From assembly GCA_910592345.1 (NCBI GenBank), contig CAJVPI010000385.1, forward strand, positions 1 through 32,109: a stretch of 32,109 nucleotides of DNA, read 5' to 3'. Positions 12,660 through 25,157 of the stretch are shown here, in pieces. The notes below the pieces were generated by a model. It was not told where the DNA came from. It was given only the letters and a program-made list of their open reading frames with translations, and searched no databases. The first letter of the stretch is position 1, and each line of letters opens with the position of its first letter. Made by a program: the position numbers and the translations under genes. The stretch is from Paraglomus brasilianum. Taxonomy: Eukaryota.

Positions 12660-13661
12660 TCAAAAATACACTCCACCAATTTCTCTCTCATAACCGTCCT
12701 GGTTTGTAACTTGTATAGGTAACATTTCATCTAGAAGCAATAACAATTGCATTGTATCTCCTACATCTTCGCACCCCAAATTGATATTTTCGCAGTTAGC
12801 CATACTAGTATAGGTCGTATTATCGCTTATATCTGGAACATACAAATCCGGGGTTTCGTCAGGAGACATGAAGCTTGTAACCGGCGAGATTCCAATATTA
12901 TTAATGGAATCGGGTGCTATTGAAATGTCAGGATATGATGGGAGACATGAAAGACCAAAGATGTCAAATTGAGAGCTTGGAGGATAGTTAAACTCGGAAA
13001 ATGTGTTGGGAGAAATGTTGATTAAAGAAAAATCGGTAGAAGGCAACGGAGTAGCAATAGGAGTTGTGGAGGGTGACGGTGGTAAAGAAGAGCTTACATA
13101 CTCTACATGATTATAGTTGTTGACATTATTGTTGCCATTGCTATTGTCGCTGAAATTGGAATCGACGCTGTTATTTTTTTCCCCTCTTCCAAACTTTCCT
13201 TCACCCTTGAGAAAGGCTCTCCATCTTTTTGGTGCCTTGGCGGGAGTAGCTTTTGGATACAGACTGTAGTATAAATCCTTTGCTTCTTTGGCAATTCTCT
13301 TGTACTCGTTCTTTACGTTCGTTGGTTCGAGATCCCAGCTCTGCGATGCCATTGTAGATACGACAGTCATTGGAATTTTATATCCGACCGAATGAGCGGT
13401 TTCTACGAATTTGCGACGGTATATGATAAATGCGTTTGGCGGTTTAGTTGGAGTAGTTTGTCCGCGTGATTTCTTCACTATTATATCGTGGGGATCGATG
13501 AGTGGCGGGAATGGGAGTTTGATAATTGGAGTTGACTCTGAATGTTTAATGACTTGGTTTGGATGTATTGGGTCACTATTGTCTATGAAAATAAAGGGTC
13601 GAGGAGAAGTGGTGGTAGGAGAAGTTTCCTGACCGGTTGAGGAAAAGGTGTTTGTTGACAT
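12660..13661 (-). CDS. MATA-type HMG-box transcription factor, single exon, 333 aa
   Basis: The HMG box KPPNAFIIYRRKF...MTVVSTMASQSWDLEPTNVKNEYKRIAKEAKDLYYSLYP (~13254-13448) is preceded by IKLPFPPLIDPHDII. A Ser/Pro-rich acidic C-terminus follows. Confidence 0.9.
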   Translation of the reverse strand: MSTNTFSSTGQETSPTTTSPRPFIFIDNSDPIHPNQVIKHSESTPIIKLPFPPLIDPHDIIVKKSRGQTTPTKPPNAFIIYRRKFVETAHSVGYKIPMTVVSTMASQSWDLEPTNVKNEYKRIAKEAKDLYYSLYPKATPAKAPKRWRAFLKGEGKFGRGEKNNSVDSNFSDNSNGNNNVNNYNHVEYVSSSLPPSPSTTPIATPLPSTDFSLINISPNTFSEFNYPPSSQFDIFGLSCLPSYPDISIAPDSINNIGISPVTSFMSPDETPDLYVPDISDNTTYTSMANCENINLGCEDVGDTMQLLLLLDEMLPIQVTNQDGYEREIGGVYF

Positions 13662-13800
13662 GTTTTCTGAAATGTACTAGACGTATTTATTATGCACTGG
13701 TGTAATTAATTGCTGGTATTTTTTTGTAATTGCTATTAAATAATTGTTCACTGATTTAGACACTTGGTTTGTTGATGTGGAGATTTGAGAGAACGTTCCG

Positions 13801-13806
13801 TTTATA
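13801..13806 (-). promoter_or_regulatory. Candidate TATA box (TATAAA) of the HMG gene
   Basis: Plus-strand tttata reads TATAAA on the minus strand, 140 bp upstream of the ATG. Confidence 0.4.
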
Positions 13807-13867
13807 TCTCAGAAATTCCGTTACACCAAAATGCAATATAAATATTTAAGAATACTCGGCAGTGACT

Positions 13868-13877
13868 AAACAAAGAA
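13868..13877 (-). promoter_or_regulatory. Exact TR-box (TTCTTTGTTT), an HMG-factor binding motif, upstream of the HMG gene
   Basis: Plus-strand aaacaaagaa matches the S. pombe Ste11 consensus TTCTTTGTTY, ~207 bp upstream of the ATG. Confidence 0.45.
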
Positions 13878-16854
13878 TGTAAGAAAACTTAAATTGAAAT
13901 CTGTAAATAAACTTATTATTTCGTCAGAACCCCATTTTTGGTCGATTTTTGGTCGATTATTACTTTTAAACATAACAGCAAAAAGCAAGTAAAACGGCAA
14001 ACCAAGACAGTATAATTCCGCAAGGCATTACACTCGAACGAGTGTCCTAATTACCATTATAACTTGCGTTACGTATCTTGCAGTACTTTACGATCTCATT
14101 TTTAAAGACTCGGTGAGGTTTCATTATACACTCGTTCCATCAAATGTTCAATTACTCGACTAGAAACACTCGCCACTCTTGCTTACAAATTGAGTGATAC
14201 ACAAGAAATGCAATCTCGGTTCAGTTGAATGTATGTGGTAAATTCGCCACACTGTGTACAACATACAGATATGCATTTTAAACAACGTAACACAAATAGT
14301 TGGCACGCACAAGAATCAGCGATGAAGATTGTTTACCCGCCGCGGACAAGGTTGGTAGTGTATGAATTAGTATCAGTTTATAAGACTGTTTATGTAACAA
14401 ACCTTTTTAGACCCGTTCAAATTTACATGGCCGAACAATGTGCAATGAGATTTTGAATATAGTCTATCGAATATCAAATTAGTAATTGAATAACTGATTA
14501 ATCATAAAAAAACTGCAACATACATTGTAATTTTTATATTATCCGTTATTGCTTATATAAGTTAACTTCATGTCTGCATTTAATTAATACAGTGACACGC
14601 TGTCCCCTATTTATTTTGTAAAATCCTTTCTTTGTAATATTGTCTTCCTAATTTCTACCATTGAATTGTTCTCATATTGGCCCCCTTGTATTGCGTATTC
14701 CTTGATTTCCCGAAACGAAAATTCCAACAGATATGCTAGATGATACCATAACACTAGCACGTTAATCTCCGATGTTTGATCCCCATCTTTGTTACAATGC
14801 TCTGCATTGGTTCATTTGCTGCAACACGGCCACGTTGTTTAAGTTATTTGATGTGCTTGTCAACGTCACGCATAGCCAGAGCGTATATCTATTAAAGGCA
14901 ATTAATGTAATTGCGCACATGTGAGATAAAAAAGCAGGTTTTTGGACTCGCTCGTCGATAGTCAACGCGTTGGTGTATTAGTCAGAATTTTCAATTTTTT
15001 GTGCCACAATCTCGTGTAATACAAATTGTGCTAAAATTATTTTGGTAACAAACAATAAATTTGTATCACCGATAGCCACAAATAGTGGCTAGGTCTCATT
15101 GGTTTGATAGGATTAATAATGTGGCAAACCGTTACACGCTCACGTTTTGTGGCTGCAGGAATTTGAGATTGATGCCGATAAGGGCTATTTGGCGCACAAA
15201 GGATACTAAAAATAGGGAGGGATTGCTTACAAACCCAAATTTCCCGGTTTTCATGAATTCTGAATCTGAAAAGTCTAATTAAACTCTCGGCCAGCGTTTA
15301 CGAGGTGTAACAATCAACGAGCATATGCAAGTTCGACAAATTCAATGAGATTTGGCTTCGGGCATACAAGTATAATTTAAGGCTATGTCTCCTGCCTGTC
15401 AATAATTTAGTATTTGTCATCATCCAACTTGACCATCTCTCGTTCGCAGCTGAGATCGCAGCACATTAGATGTGTGAATTATTACTATGGACCTTTCGCT
15501 TTGTCTCGCAAAGCCTGTTTAAGTCGTACTGCATTTTAATTTAGGTGACACAAAATGACCGATCGGATTCTAGAAATAAAATATAACTCTAGGCAAAGTA
15601 TGTGTTCACGAAACATGTTCTCTTTCTGGAAAGAAATTCTTTCCAACTACAACGACATACAGTAATAGATCGAAGGAATGTACTTGTAGTACGAATTCTT
15701 ATACTTTTGTTCTTCCTTGCAGCACATTTTTATCTTTGGATTGTAATCGAAAGCCTCAATATTTAGATTTGCGAAAGCGAGTGACAATAATATGTTGTTA
15801 ACTAACTGGTATGCCTTCAAAATTCTCCAACTCGTACATATTGAAAGTGCGTTTAGTCAGCGCCTTTATCATAAACACTGCCTTATTCATTCAATTACTA
15901 ATATGTCTTCATTGATATATGATTCTGCCGCTCGACTGCGACTTCATTGATATAGATAACTCTGCTCGTTACGAACGATCATCCACATTTTTACGAAATA
16001 TGACATCATATAGCGCCTTGGTCCAAATTAGATTTCTGTAATACGCTCAACTTGCTAAAGAAACAAAAAGTCATTCGAGGATAGTATAGTATCATATGTG
16101 CCACAGCTTGATAACGAACAAGTAAAATCAGTTGTGTGCGATGTATTGCATTTTCAATTTAAAACAATCTGTGGTGGATTATTTTCTTGAAGAGCACATG
16201 GGAGTAATAAAAGAAAAGAAAAGAAAAAAGTAACCATTTAAATTCATTTACATTCTACTTTGTAAACTTTAACAAGTATCTTCGCCGCAGCTTCTTTTTA
16301 ATTCATAGGCTGTTGTGGCTCTGCTAAAGAGGACGAACACTCACAAATATAGAAGCGGTACTCGCCGTACCCGTCCAACGACAGATGTAATAACCAATAG
16401 TAAGAAAACTGATTGTAGATACGATAATGGGTCATGAATTAAGAATAAAGTTAACAAAAATTCGGCATTTAGCGAAAGCTAAAATAAGCTGTACCCGATC
16501 AATGTCCCGTGCTATCACCGAGTATATGTACTATTATAAAGATTTACAAGTCCTGAAACGAATTCATCCGAATAGCAATAATACCCGATTGATGGGAATT
16601 GTTAATATCAACTGTCAATCTGGACATTTTCATTTGACCAAGAGTGGGAAGCATTAACCGTCGTGCATGTTACGTACGTATGAGTAAATTGACCCGTGAT
16701 ACCACACTAAAAGTAGCGCTTTGGAGAATATATACAATCATCAATAATTTACTACGCAAATGGAACACCAAGAGTGGTATGCGCAAAGAATGTATCTCTC
16801 TTTTGTCATGCAATAATTTATTTAAAAGAGTGACTTTGAGTTTAACACTGTCCA

Positions 16855-18384
16855 TCACAACTTTAGTGCAGACTTGCATATACGACGAACCAACATTGCA
16901 AACTTTTTAAGATTCTTTTTGACATTGTCTCGCTTATCATCTTCAGTATCCATCGCCGATTGTGTACTTGTCTTTTCACTCTGTGGCTTGAAGACACTTG
17001 GTTCTTTGTTCTTGCTGCTAGTACCCATATCGTTACTCTTGTCATTGTTCTGTACTCGAGCCTTTCCTTTAGCTTTATGCGTTTTCTCATTCTTCTTTTC
17101 GCTCTTACTTGGCCCATCTCCCAAAATTTCGAGATCAATAAATGCGGCAGACTCCCACTTTTGTCGCGACGGAAAAGCTTGATTTAAAAACTTTCCTACA
17201 AGCGGCCGTAGCACTGCTGGATGTTCTCTCGTTGAGGCTGTTCCGGTGACGAATCTGACTCTGGGAGTATATTTCAATAAGGGCTCGAGACTTTGAAAGG
17301 CAGTCAGGAGACATTGGGCTTTGACGCGATTGCAGCCATGAAGATCTATCAAGATGCAGAGGGGAGGTGTCATATGGTATGGACGAGCAATGGATTCTAG
17401 ACGAATCATTTTTGCTAATGGATAGTCACACAGGTCTGATTCCTGTAAAATTGAATGGTGGAAAGACGTTATAGTTGGCGGCGATAAATATTTGATAATA
17501 TCCAATAAATATGTCTAATAATGCCCCCCCTCAATATAGCATACCGTAACAAGATTCCGTAATTGTTCAAGAATGGCAATATCCATATTTAACTTTTCTC
17601 TATAACTATCGTCTTCCTTCTTCTTCTTCTTCTTCTCCTTGACCTTTTCCAGTTTTTTCCTGGGTTCTTTATTTTCTTTATCATTCGCAGTTTTTTTCTT
17701 GTTTGTCCTTTTCCCGCCATTCTTGGATTTCTGCTGTCTCTTATTGACAGGTTTAGTAGCTTTACCACCAGGTTTCTTATTAGGGAGATTACTAATATTG
17801 GCCAGTTTATTTTTTTGGTCATTATTGGTTTTTTTTGCAAGAGTTGCATTACTGCCCAATTTTGTAACATTGATATACATGCTATCGGTTGGTCTGGGTT
17901 CTTTGCCAATGTTGGACTTTTTCTTTTGCTTTTCAAAAGCAGTTGCCTTGCTGTCTAATCGAACGACAGGATTACTTGATGGACCGGGTTTGCTTGCTCC
18001 ATTATTCTTTGAATTCTCAAAAGCAGCCCCTCTCCTACCGCCATGTTTGATATTTGCAATGTTACTTGTCATGTTCGATGGACCAGGTCTATTTTCTTCA
18101 TTGTCCTTGAACTTTCTTTTGTTTTGAGAAATAGTCGCTTCACTACCAAAGCTAATGTTGGGAATATTGCTATTCTTCACAATTGGCAGATCGGGTTCTC
18201 TTTCATTGTAATCAAAGTTCTTCTTCTTCTTCTTGGAGATGATCGTTATGCCGCTCAATTCGGTGTTGATAGTACTATTCATAATATTAATCAATCTGGG
18301 TTCTGTGTTATACTTGGACGTTAACTTTTCCTTTTTGGAATTAGTCGCTCTGCCCAAACCTGTGTTAGCAGTGTTACTACCCAT
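16855..18384 (-). CDS. Lys/Asn-rich low-complexity protein with a divergent Smr (small MutS-related) domain; exons 18384-17545 and 17442-16855 (~475 aa)
   Basis: The two track ORFs are in the same frame. A 102-nt GTATGC...TTTTACAG intron (17544-17443) removes the intervening TAG. Smr signature: LIDLHGCNRVKA...VRFVTG...AVLRPLVGKFL...FIDLEI. Confidence 0.75.
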
Positions 18385-19351
18385 GGATTGACGTTTAGGT
18401 GGTGTGTGGTTGATGTTTTCGGTAGATTGTGTTCGATTGTCTATATGTGATGTTAATCTTGAGATTCTTGCTCTCGTTGATTATATTTGGCGGTGCTTTT
18501 ACAGCGGCTTTAAATTTAGCAAAACGAATGAGTGTTTAGAATGTTTTCTCATAGAAGAATGGACAAGTAGTGAAGACCTGCTCACCCTCTACTCAAAGCC
18601 ATTGTTTGTGTATTTATACATATAGGTGCCATTGTGTCCCATTCAGGTCATGAGGAGGATATTTGGGGGGTGTTGTTTGAGAACGATATACTTGGCGATA
18701 TTTGTGTTTTCGGGTTTAAGATAGACAACGAACAGTAACAACGGCAATAATATAACTACTGTTGTAGAGTGTGTACTATTAATAGTATTCGATACTTTTC
18801 TTACAGCGATGCAAAGTTTCAAAAACAAACCGTCTTTATTTCACTAGTTGAAACGACTTGCTTTACACAGTACCTAACCGCTTTACTACTTCACTTCAAG
18901 TTGAACGTTTCAAACCACGAGATAAATTCGAATATTAATATTGGCACATAACCGTCCATGCTACTTATTATGACAAACAAGACATTTTGACAAAGCACAT
19001 TTATGTTTAATATTACACAGGGTTGTGTACCCAGCTGGTTATACAATGGGGGTTATAGAGGCGACTCTCAGTACATGAGAATTTTATTCCAAGTACCGTA
19101 ATAATTTACAGGAGAATGAAGAAAAGAGCTTCATATTCGAATTAAAATAAGAATAAAGTGAATTTTAAGAGTAGAAATCGAATATAAATGTTATTCGTGT
19201 TAATATTGTATAAGAATTTAATTAATGTACATCTAGAACACAGAGTGATCGAATAAGTATATTTTAGATAATTTTTGATGCATAGAAACGAAGTACACCT
19301 TTTTTTTCAGATACAGGAGGACATGTGTTCTATTACATGTCTTTCGATGAG

Positions 19352-22300
19352 TTACAGAAATCCAGATTCTTGCAACAGTCTTGCAATCTTCTCATCTTCA
19401 CGTTCTCTATATTTATTAAACAAAGAATCTCAATACCGGATTCTCGCTTATAACATATAAATTGACAGATATGTACCAACAAAAGGAAGCATTCCTTAGT
19501 TACCTTGGCTCCATGCTCAGAGACAGAGCATAGAGATCACCTACATCACGACTATCTTGAAGATGGCTTTTTATAAAGATCTGAATCTCTTGCACAGGAG
19601 TCAAATGGTAAGGCACAGCTTGGTATTGTTGGATTTCCCGAATGACTTCAGCCGTCTTCATTCGTTTTGAAAAATTGATTAGATTCCGATTCTTTTTCAA
19701 GACGTTCGGATTACCATCCTCAATGAACGTCAAGTCCGTAAGATAAACACCTGGAAAAAAATTACAGGCGTTCAAAATCACCTTTACATATAGACAAAGA
19801 CAATTAAACAATTATCAAATATACATACCCAAAAATGGAACACAAGGCGGATTAACACTGTGCAGTTGCGCTCGATAATCTAAGAAATTCTTGGTCGAGT
19901 TCATGACTTTGTTTAACGCTTCAAGGTTCTGTATTGTCCTAGCATTCACCATCTCCCAAGTCCTCTTCAGACGATGGATAGGCGCAGAATTTAAACCAGA
20001 AATAATTGCCGTAAGTGAATTGAAATTGTTTAGAATTCGGCATTTTTCGGCAACGGCTACAAAATGTTTTATCAAGTTGCATCGCTTTTTGATTTCAGAT
20101 TGATGTAATATCGATTCTGCGACCCATCCAGTTATCTAGAAAGAAAATGTCAAGTATAAATAAAGTAAGATTATATAGAACTATTCTGGCGGCAATGCTC
20201 GAACGATTTTCTCTCTCATCGTACACACCTGATTACTATTAACTATCATTGCCTTGATATTCTCGGCAATCTCGCCACCCTCCTCTCGACTCCAAGCCTT
20301 TCCAAGGCATTCAACTGGACGAATCTTATTATACAATTTTGATTCAATAAGAGTCAACTGTCTGGCCAATTCCAAAGGGTCCAAGTCCACGAATCTAAGC
20401 TTCTTCATGTTCCTTGGAAGATTCGGTGGCGGCGGCTGGATCGCAGTACTAGGAACTAGCCCCTTGAATGTTGCGTCTTTCGGTTGTTCTTTCTATTAAG
20501 TTGCGAATAAGTGTAAGAAAACTACATTTCAATGAACCTTCTTCAATGGCAGCTCAATATACGTACCCGCTTGTCGATAACTTTTATCAAACTATTGGCT
20601 GCAAATGCCATATGCTCGTACATAACCGTACTAGCAAACTCTCTCATCCTTTCCAAACACTGTGAATCTGCTTCATCGATATAATATATTTCCAACCAAC
20701 TCTTCATAATGTTAAACACTCTCAATCTGATCGGCGTCTGTTTTTTCTCTTGCCAAAGCTCGTTCTCTTCTGAAGTCAAATTTGGTGATGGTTGTATCAT
20801 GAATCTCTTCACAAGCAAGTCAAAGAACTCCTCCGTGGTCGTGAACGATCGGTACGTCAACAAGAACGTTGCAATAAAGTTCGAGTCCAACAAGTCGTGC
20901 ATTGTCAGTCTTTCAACTAAAGCTCTCAAAGTACCACCTTTGACATGTCCCTCTAAATTAAAAACTATCTCGGATTGGTCATAATCGTATTTCAAAAAGT
21001 CCGGCTTTTCTTCTCGTTTCTGTGATGTTGCCAGTGCGGGATCGTGGCCGAAAAATCTTATAAGTTTTTCGTCTCGGGGCGATTTCGCTCCCGCTGGGCT
21101 AAGTGTGGGATCCTATGGTAGAAGAAGAAAAATTACGATTAGAATACAAACTTGTCATCAAATGAATATAGATAATTTTTGATAGCAAAAATATATGACT
21201 CTTACAGCAAACATGTCCCCAATAGCTGTCTGACTTCCATTGGAAGACGGCCCCGCATCAAACTCTTCCGTTTGGTTATACAAGTTGTCGTCTGATATTT
21301 GTTGATCGGCTACTTCATCTTCTGGTACGGTTTCCAATGCTAATGTTTTGTGCTCAGTTCCAACTTCTGCTCTCACAGTATTAGTCGGAGCTTGACTGCT
21401 TGTCTCACCAACTTGTTCAGGAGAATCTTTACCAGAATTCACCTTAACCGTTGCATCAACGGTATTACTACCTCGCCGCATGTTGCTCTGCATCCGTTGT
21501 TGGTCCTGAGCGTCTTTCTCTTCGATAAGGAATTTAGAAGCAATAATCACATCTTTTACCGACTTGTCAACAATAGTAGTTGTGAGATACACTTGATCCA
21601 TGACATTTGGCGGTGCTAATGGGTCAGTCGCTGATTGAGTGTAGATAACCAGTCCAGCGACATTATGATATAACGCCTGCTTGGCAATTTTAAACTCGTT
21701 AATTGACCCTGCGCTTGACTCGTCCAAATCTTCGAGATTAATGTCTTCGATCAGAGATAGAAATTGTCCAACTTGAGTAACAACTTGACGAGTCTGCGAA
21801 ATCATTTGCGGAGCAAAGGCTGTATTTGTAGGGGCATTGGTGCGTAGAGCATCTACAGCCTTGCGAAGATGTGACAAGAGAAGATTAATCGCTTTATTAA
21901 CATTGCGAGAAATATGATCAAGCGAAGCAAGAAGATCTGGAGTCAGTGAACGTCCGGGGAACATCGTAGGTGAATTTGGTTGACCATCGAACTCTTCACC
22001 ACCAGGTCCTTTGTAATGCCGTCCATTCTGCGTTGGAGGCAAGTTATTCCCACGCCATGCCCCACCAACAGGACACTCGAGTATCTTGGGGTCGACTCTC
22101 TTGATTTCGACAAGATGATTAGCAGCTTGAACAAATGACTTTACCGCCGCAAGTACTTCATCAGCATCATTTTTCATTTTCTGAGCTGCATCTGGCGGAG
22201 GCCATACGCCGGATGCCACTTTGGTGGATAGGACTAATTTTGATAGAGACGCCATGATACATCTATGATATATTTTTAGACTTCGGTTTGTACGAATTGT

Positions 22301-23902
22301 AGGTGATTCTTTTTCTACTGTCCCCGATGCATACAGCATAATGCGGATACTCTCTACGACAGAATTAGTGCATATAGTATAGGAATACTTTTGTGATTCT
22401 TTCACTGCCATATCCAAATGATGGATGGCAAGATAGACATTACTAGAGAGAGACTCCCAAGTAAGTGGTTCGTTTGTGTTACTCCCAATCAAAGAAGAAG
22501 AAGAAACTTTTTTAGCTGGCAATCTTGCATCATTCAGGTCATCAACATGCCGGTCTTCGTGGGGTTCATTCTGATTTTCGGTGGTTATCGGTGAAGCATT
22601 TATTAACTGACCTGTTTGCATATCGACGTTATCGAGACTCCAGGTGGTCTCGTCAGTTATCACATTAAAGTAATATGGACGCCCTGTGTCAGTGTATTTC
22701 TTGCCCCAATTGGGTGGCAATGTTTCAGTTCCGTTTACGTCTTCCTGTTGTTGTTGTTGTTGCTGTTGTTGTTGCTGTTGTTGTTGTTCTCTTTGTTTAA
22801 TTGTCCCAATAGTACTAGTACTCAATCTGCTTCCATGTGAACTGGCAATACTTTCCTCGTCGACAGCAGCAGCATCATCATTTACCGCCTCCTCTTCGAT
22901 ACTTAGATCATGTCCGTTAATGTCACCGTCAACTTTATCTTCAGGATCCGAACCGCTTGAAGCAGTAGCATTTCCTCCACCTGGATAAGTCCATCTAACT
23001 TCTTTTGTCATTGTGTTCAAATAGTAGTAAGTGTTTCCGTCCTCGGTAGGTTGTCGTATCCAGTGTTCGGGCAATGGTGCCCGTACAGAACTAATGGATC
23101 CGGAACGGGATTCACTTGAGCGTTGAGCGTGACCGTTTGGAGGGCCGTTGCTGGGGCTTTCACCGTGAGGCGAAGAAGCGTCGCGTACTGAAGGTGTAGT
23201 TGTGACCGACTCATTGTCATCACCTGGAAGTTCCCATGCAGATTCTCCTGTCCGGGGATTAAAATAGAATACGTCCCCATCAGGGGTCTGTTGAGCTACC
23301 CAATCGGACTGAGAAGAACGAGCAGAGCGGATGTTCGTGTGAGAATGAGAGTATGAAAAAGAGTTGGTGAGAATGAAAGCAGGTAATTTGCTAGGTTAAT
23401 TCAAATAGGGTCGCACTAGCGAACAAGAAATAGTGAAATTCCAATTATTGATTTTATACAGTCGTGAAGAAAGTACAGGCTCATTTTGCTATCACTACAT
23501 TAGGCTGTAAAGTCATTACAGTGTTACGCTAATATTAAATAGGGTACTGGTCTCTCGTTGAAGGGAACAATCACGCCGTTTGCACCTCAACTCAAGCAAA
23601 TGGCAATCTGCAATCCTTTTTTCTTACAAAGCTCTCCAACCGCCAAACGTTACTTCTCGCATGTTCAATTCTTGCAAAACCCTTACCTTGTCCTCGTCGT
23701 CTAAAAAGTCATCGTCGTCTTCTACTGCAGTTACATAGTTACTTGGAAACCAGCCACGTTCGCCATTACATAAACCATCCCACCAGCCAGATTCCAAGCG
23801 CGTGAGCACCTGTATTATGTCGTCCCTTCTGAACGAGAGGCTTGAAGAGTCACTTGAATTAAAGTCGTATAGGGCCTTTACAAATATTACAGAACTAGTC
23901 AT
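19352..23902 (-). CDS. CDC25: Cdc25/Ste6-family Ras guanine-nucleotide exchange factor (SH3, 3 WW, REM, RasGEF); exons 23902-23687, 23308-21206, 21112-20567, 20492-20229, 20135-19829, 19750-19504, 19406-19352 (~1245 aa)
   Basis: SH3 (VKALYDF...ESGWWDG...GWFPSNYV), REM (VKGGTLRALVERLT, FIATFLLTYRSFTT), catalytic domain (DPLELARQLTLIE, LNNFNSLTAIISGL, PCVPFLGVYLTDLTFIEDGN, INFSKR) and the conserved end EDEKIARLLQESGFL*. Exon lengths sum to 3738 nt, in frame. Confidence 0.95.
22745..22786 (-). repeat. CAA/CAG repeat encoding ~14 Gln in the RasGEF, between WW2 and WW3
   Basis: The plus-strand (TTG/CTG)n run translates as polyQ in the CDC25 frame. Confidence 0.9.
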
Positions 23903-25157
23903 ATTTGGGTTATGGACTCTTTTTTTTTTTTATCGTTAAGTAAGTAAACTAAGGAAGTGTATATGGTCAGTAGGTAATTTTATACAAGAAGGAGTGGAGG
24001 GGACGTGTGAGTTGACGAGTATGCCGGATGATTTTTTTGTTCTTTTTTATACCCTCATATCTGAAAATGTGCCTACTAATACTAATCACTTTGAGTTGTC
24101 ATACGCATTCCACCAATCGCTCCATCATTATTCGATTTGCACTATTACTGTTCCATATTAATATTTACGTCACCTAAGCCGATCGACACTTACATATCGT
24201 TGACATCCATAGCAATAGTATTATTCGCTGCATTAATGATGCTTATTAGTGTTGATAATTAATAATAGAAAATTAAGACAAACAATAAATTATTTTGGAC
24301 ATATGATTTTTTTATTAATGCCCATATTTTCTCTTAATACTTGGTATGCTTTTAGCTTTGTCTGAATTTAGAAATCTATGGTAAACAACAATTTCCGATT
24401 CTGTCAACGAACCCCTTAACTCCCTCATCGATAGCAGCGAGATTAAGATGCCTTCAACTTCTGTCGCACAATTTCTAAATTAAACTGTGTGAAAATTCTG
24501 AATATTGGTTAGACGCACCAGACGACAGTAAAGTCCATAAGAAGAGTGTCTACATCTGTTCTAGTACAACAATGCCCAACAACTGCTAATTAGATTTACA
24601 TGTTGTGGTCGTGTAACAACGGCCGAAGGTGATGACCGAGAGTAATATGACCCAAGCACGCTAATCATGAGATCCAAGATTAATTATGGCATAGTGATCT
24701 CCTTGTTATCGTGTCCTTTGTTGCGCGTTCATTTTTTAGTGCCGAGCACAGTGTTTCATATTATTAGGGAAAGAGAGACATGCTGGAGGAGAAATGCTTG
24801 CATATCTAAATAGACATCCAATTAATTAAGAATTCAATAATGCTCTACAGTGTGTGGCAAGGAAACACGTATTGTTGTTATACGAGAGAAATTGAATCCA
24901 CAGTCTTTACTGCTGAAATGAAAACGTAAAACTACGGGTGTACGGACTTTTCGACCCAGGATTTACTATCGTTTCACGATCCAAACATTTTGTTTGGCAA
25001 CTCGTCGATCTCTCGTGCCAATTGCATTAAGGTTAGCGGTAAGGTCATCGTTGGCTTAATTGTTAAATAAAATGCATGGGCGGGAACGACATCGCCGTGA
25101 GAAAATTAAATCAACATGTTTGCTGAATACTGCCACAATACTAGCAACAACAAGAAC

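Noticed and set aside
12352..12663. ORF with an RE dipeptide repeat directly after the HMG gene
   Set aside because: It is produced by the (TC)n microsatellite and A-tracts in the presumed 3' UTR.
12660..13661. HMG gene as a Mucorales-type sexP/sexM mating-type locus
   Set aside because: There is no flanking triose-phosphate transporter or RNA helicase gene, and no homeodomain pair. It is more likely one of many MATA-HMG paralogues.
15907..15978. Imperfect ~35-bp duplication starting cttcattgatata; also an 11-bp duplication at 13934-13955
   Set aside because: These are two-copy local duplications with no further structure, likely from slippage.
17503..17517. Single in-frame TAG between two long ORFs, suggesting readthrough, RNA editing or a pseudogene
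   Set aside because: The stop lies inside a canonical 102-nt GT-AG intron (17544-17443) whose removal keeps the frame. Splicing is the simpler explanation.
17639..18324. Hydrophobic Phe/Leu-rich plus-strand ORFs resembling membrane proteins
   Set aside because: They are antisense to the Lys-rich exon of the Smr gene.
22616..22988. Poly-Cys and poly-Leu ORFs on the plus strand
   Set aside because: They are antisense shadows of the polyQ tract in CDC25.
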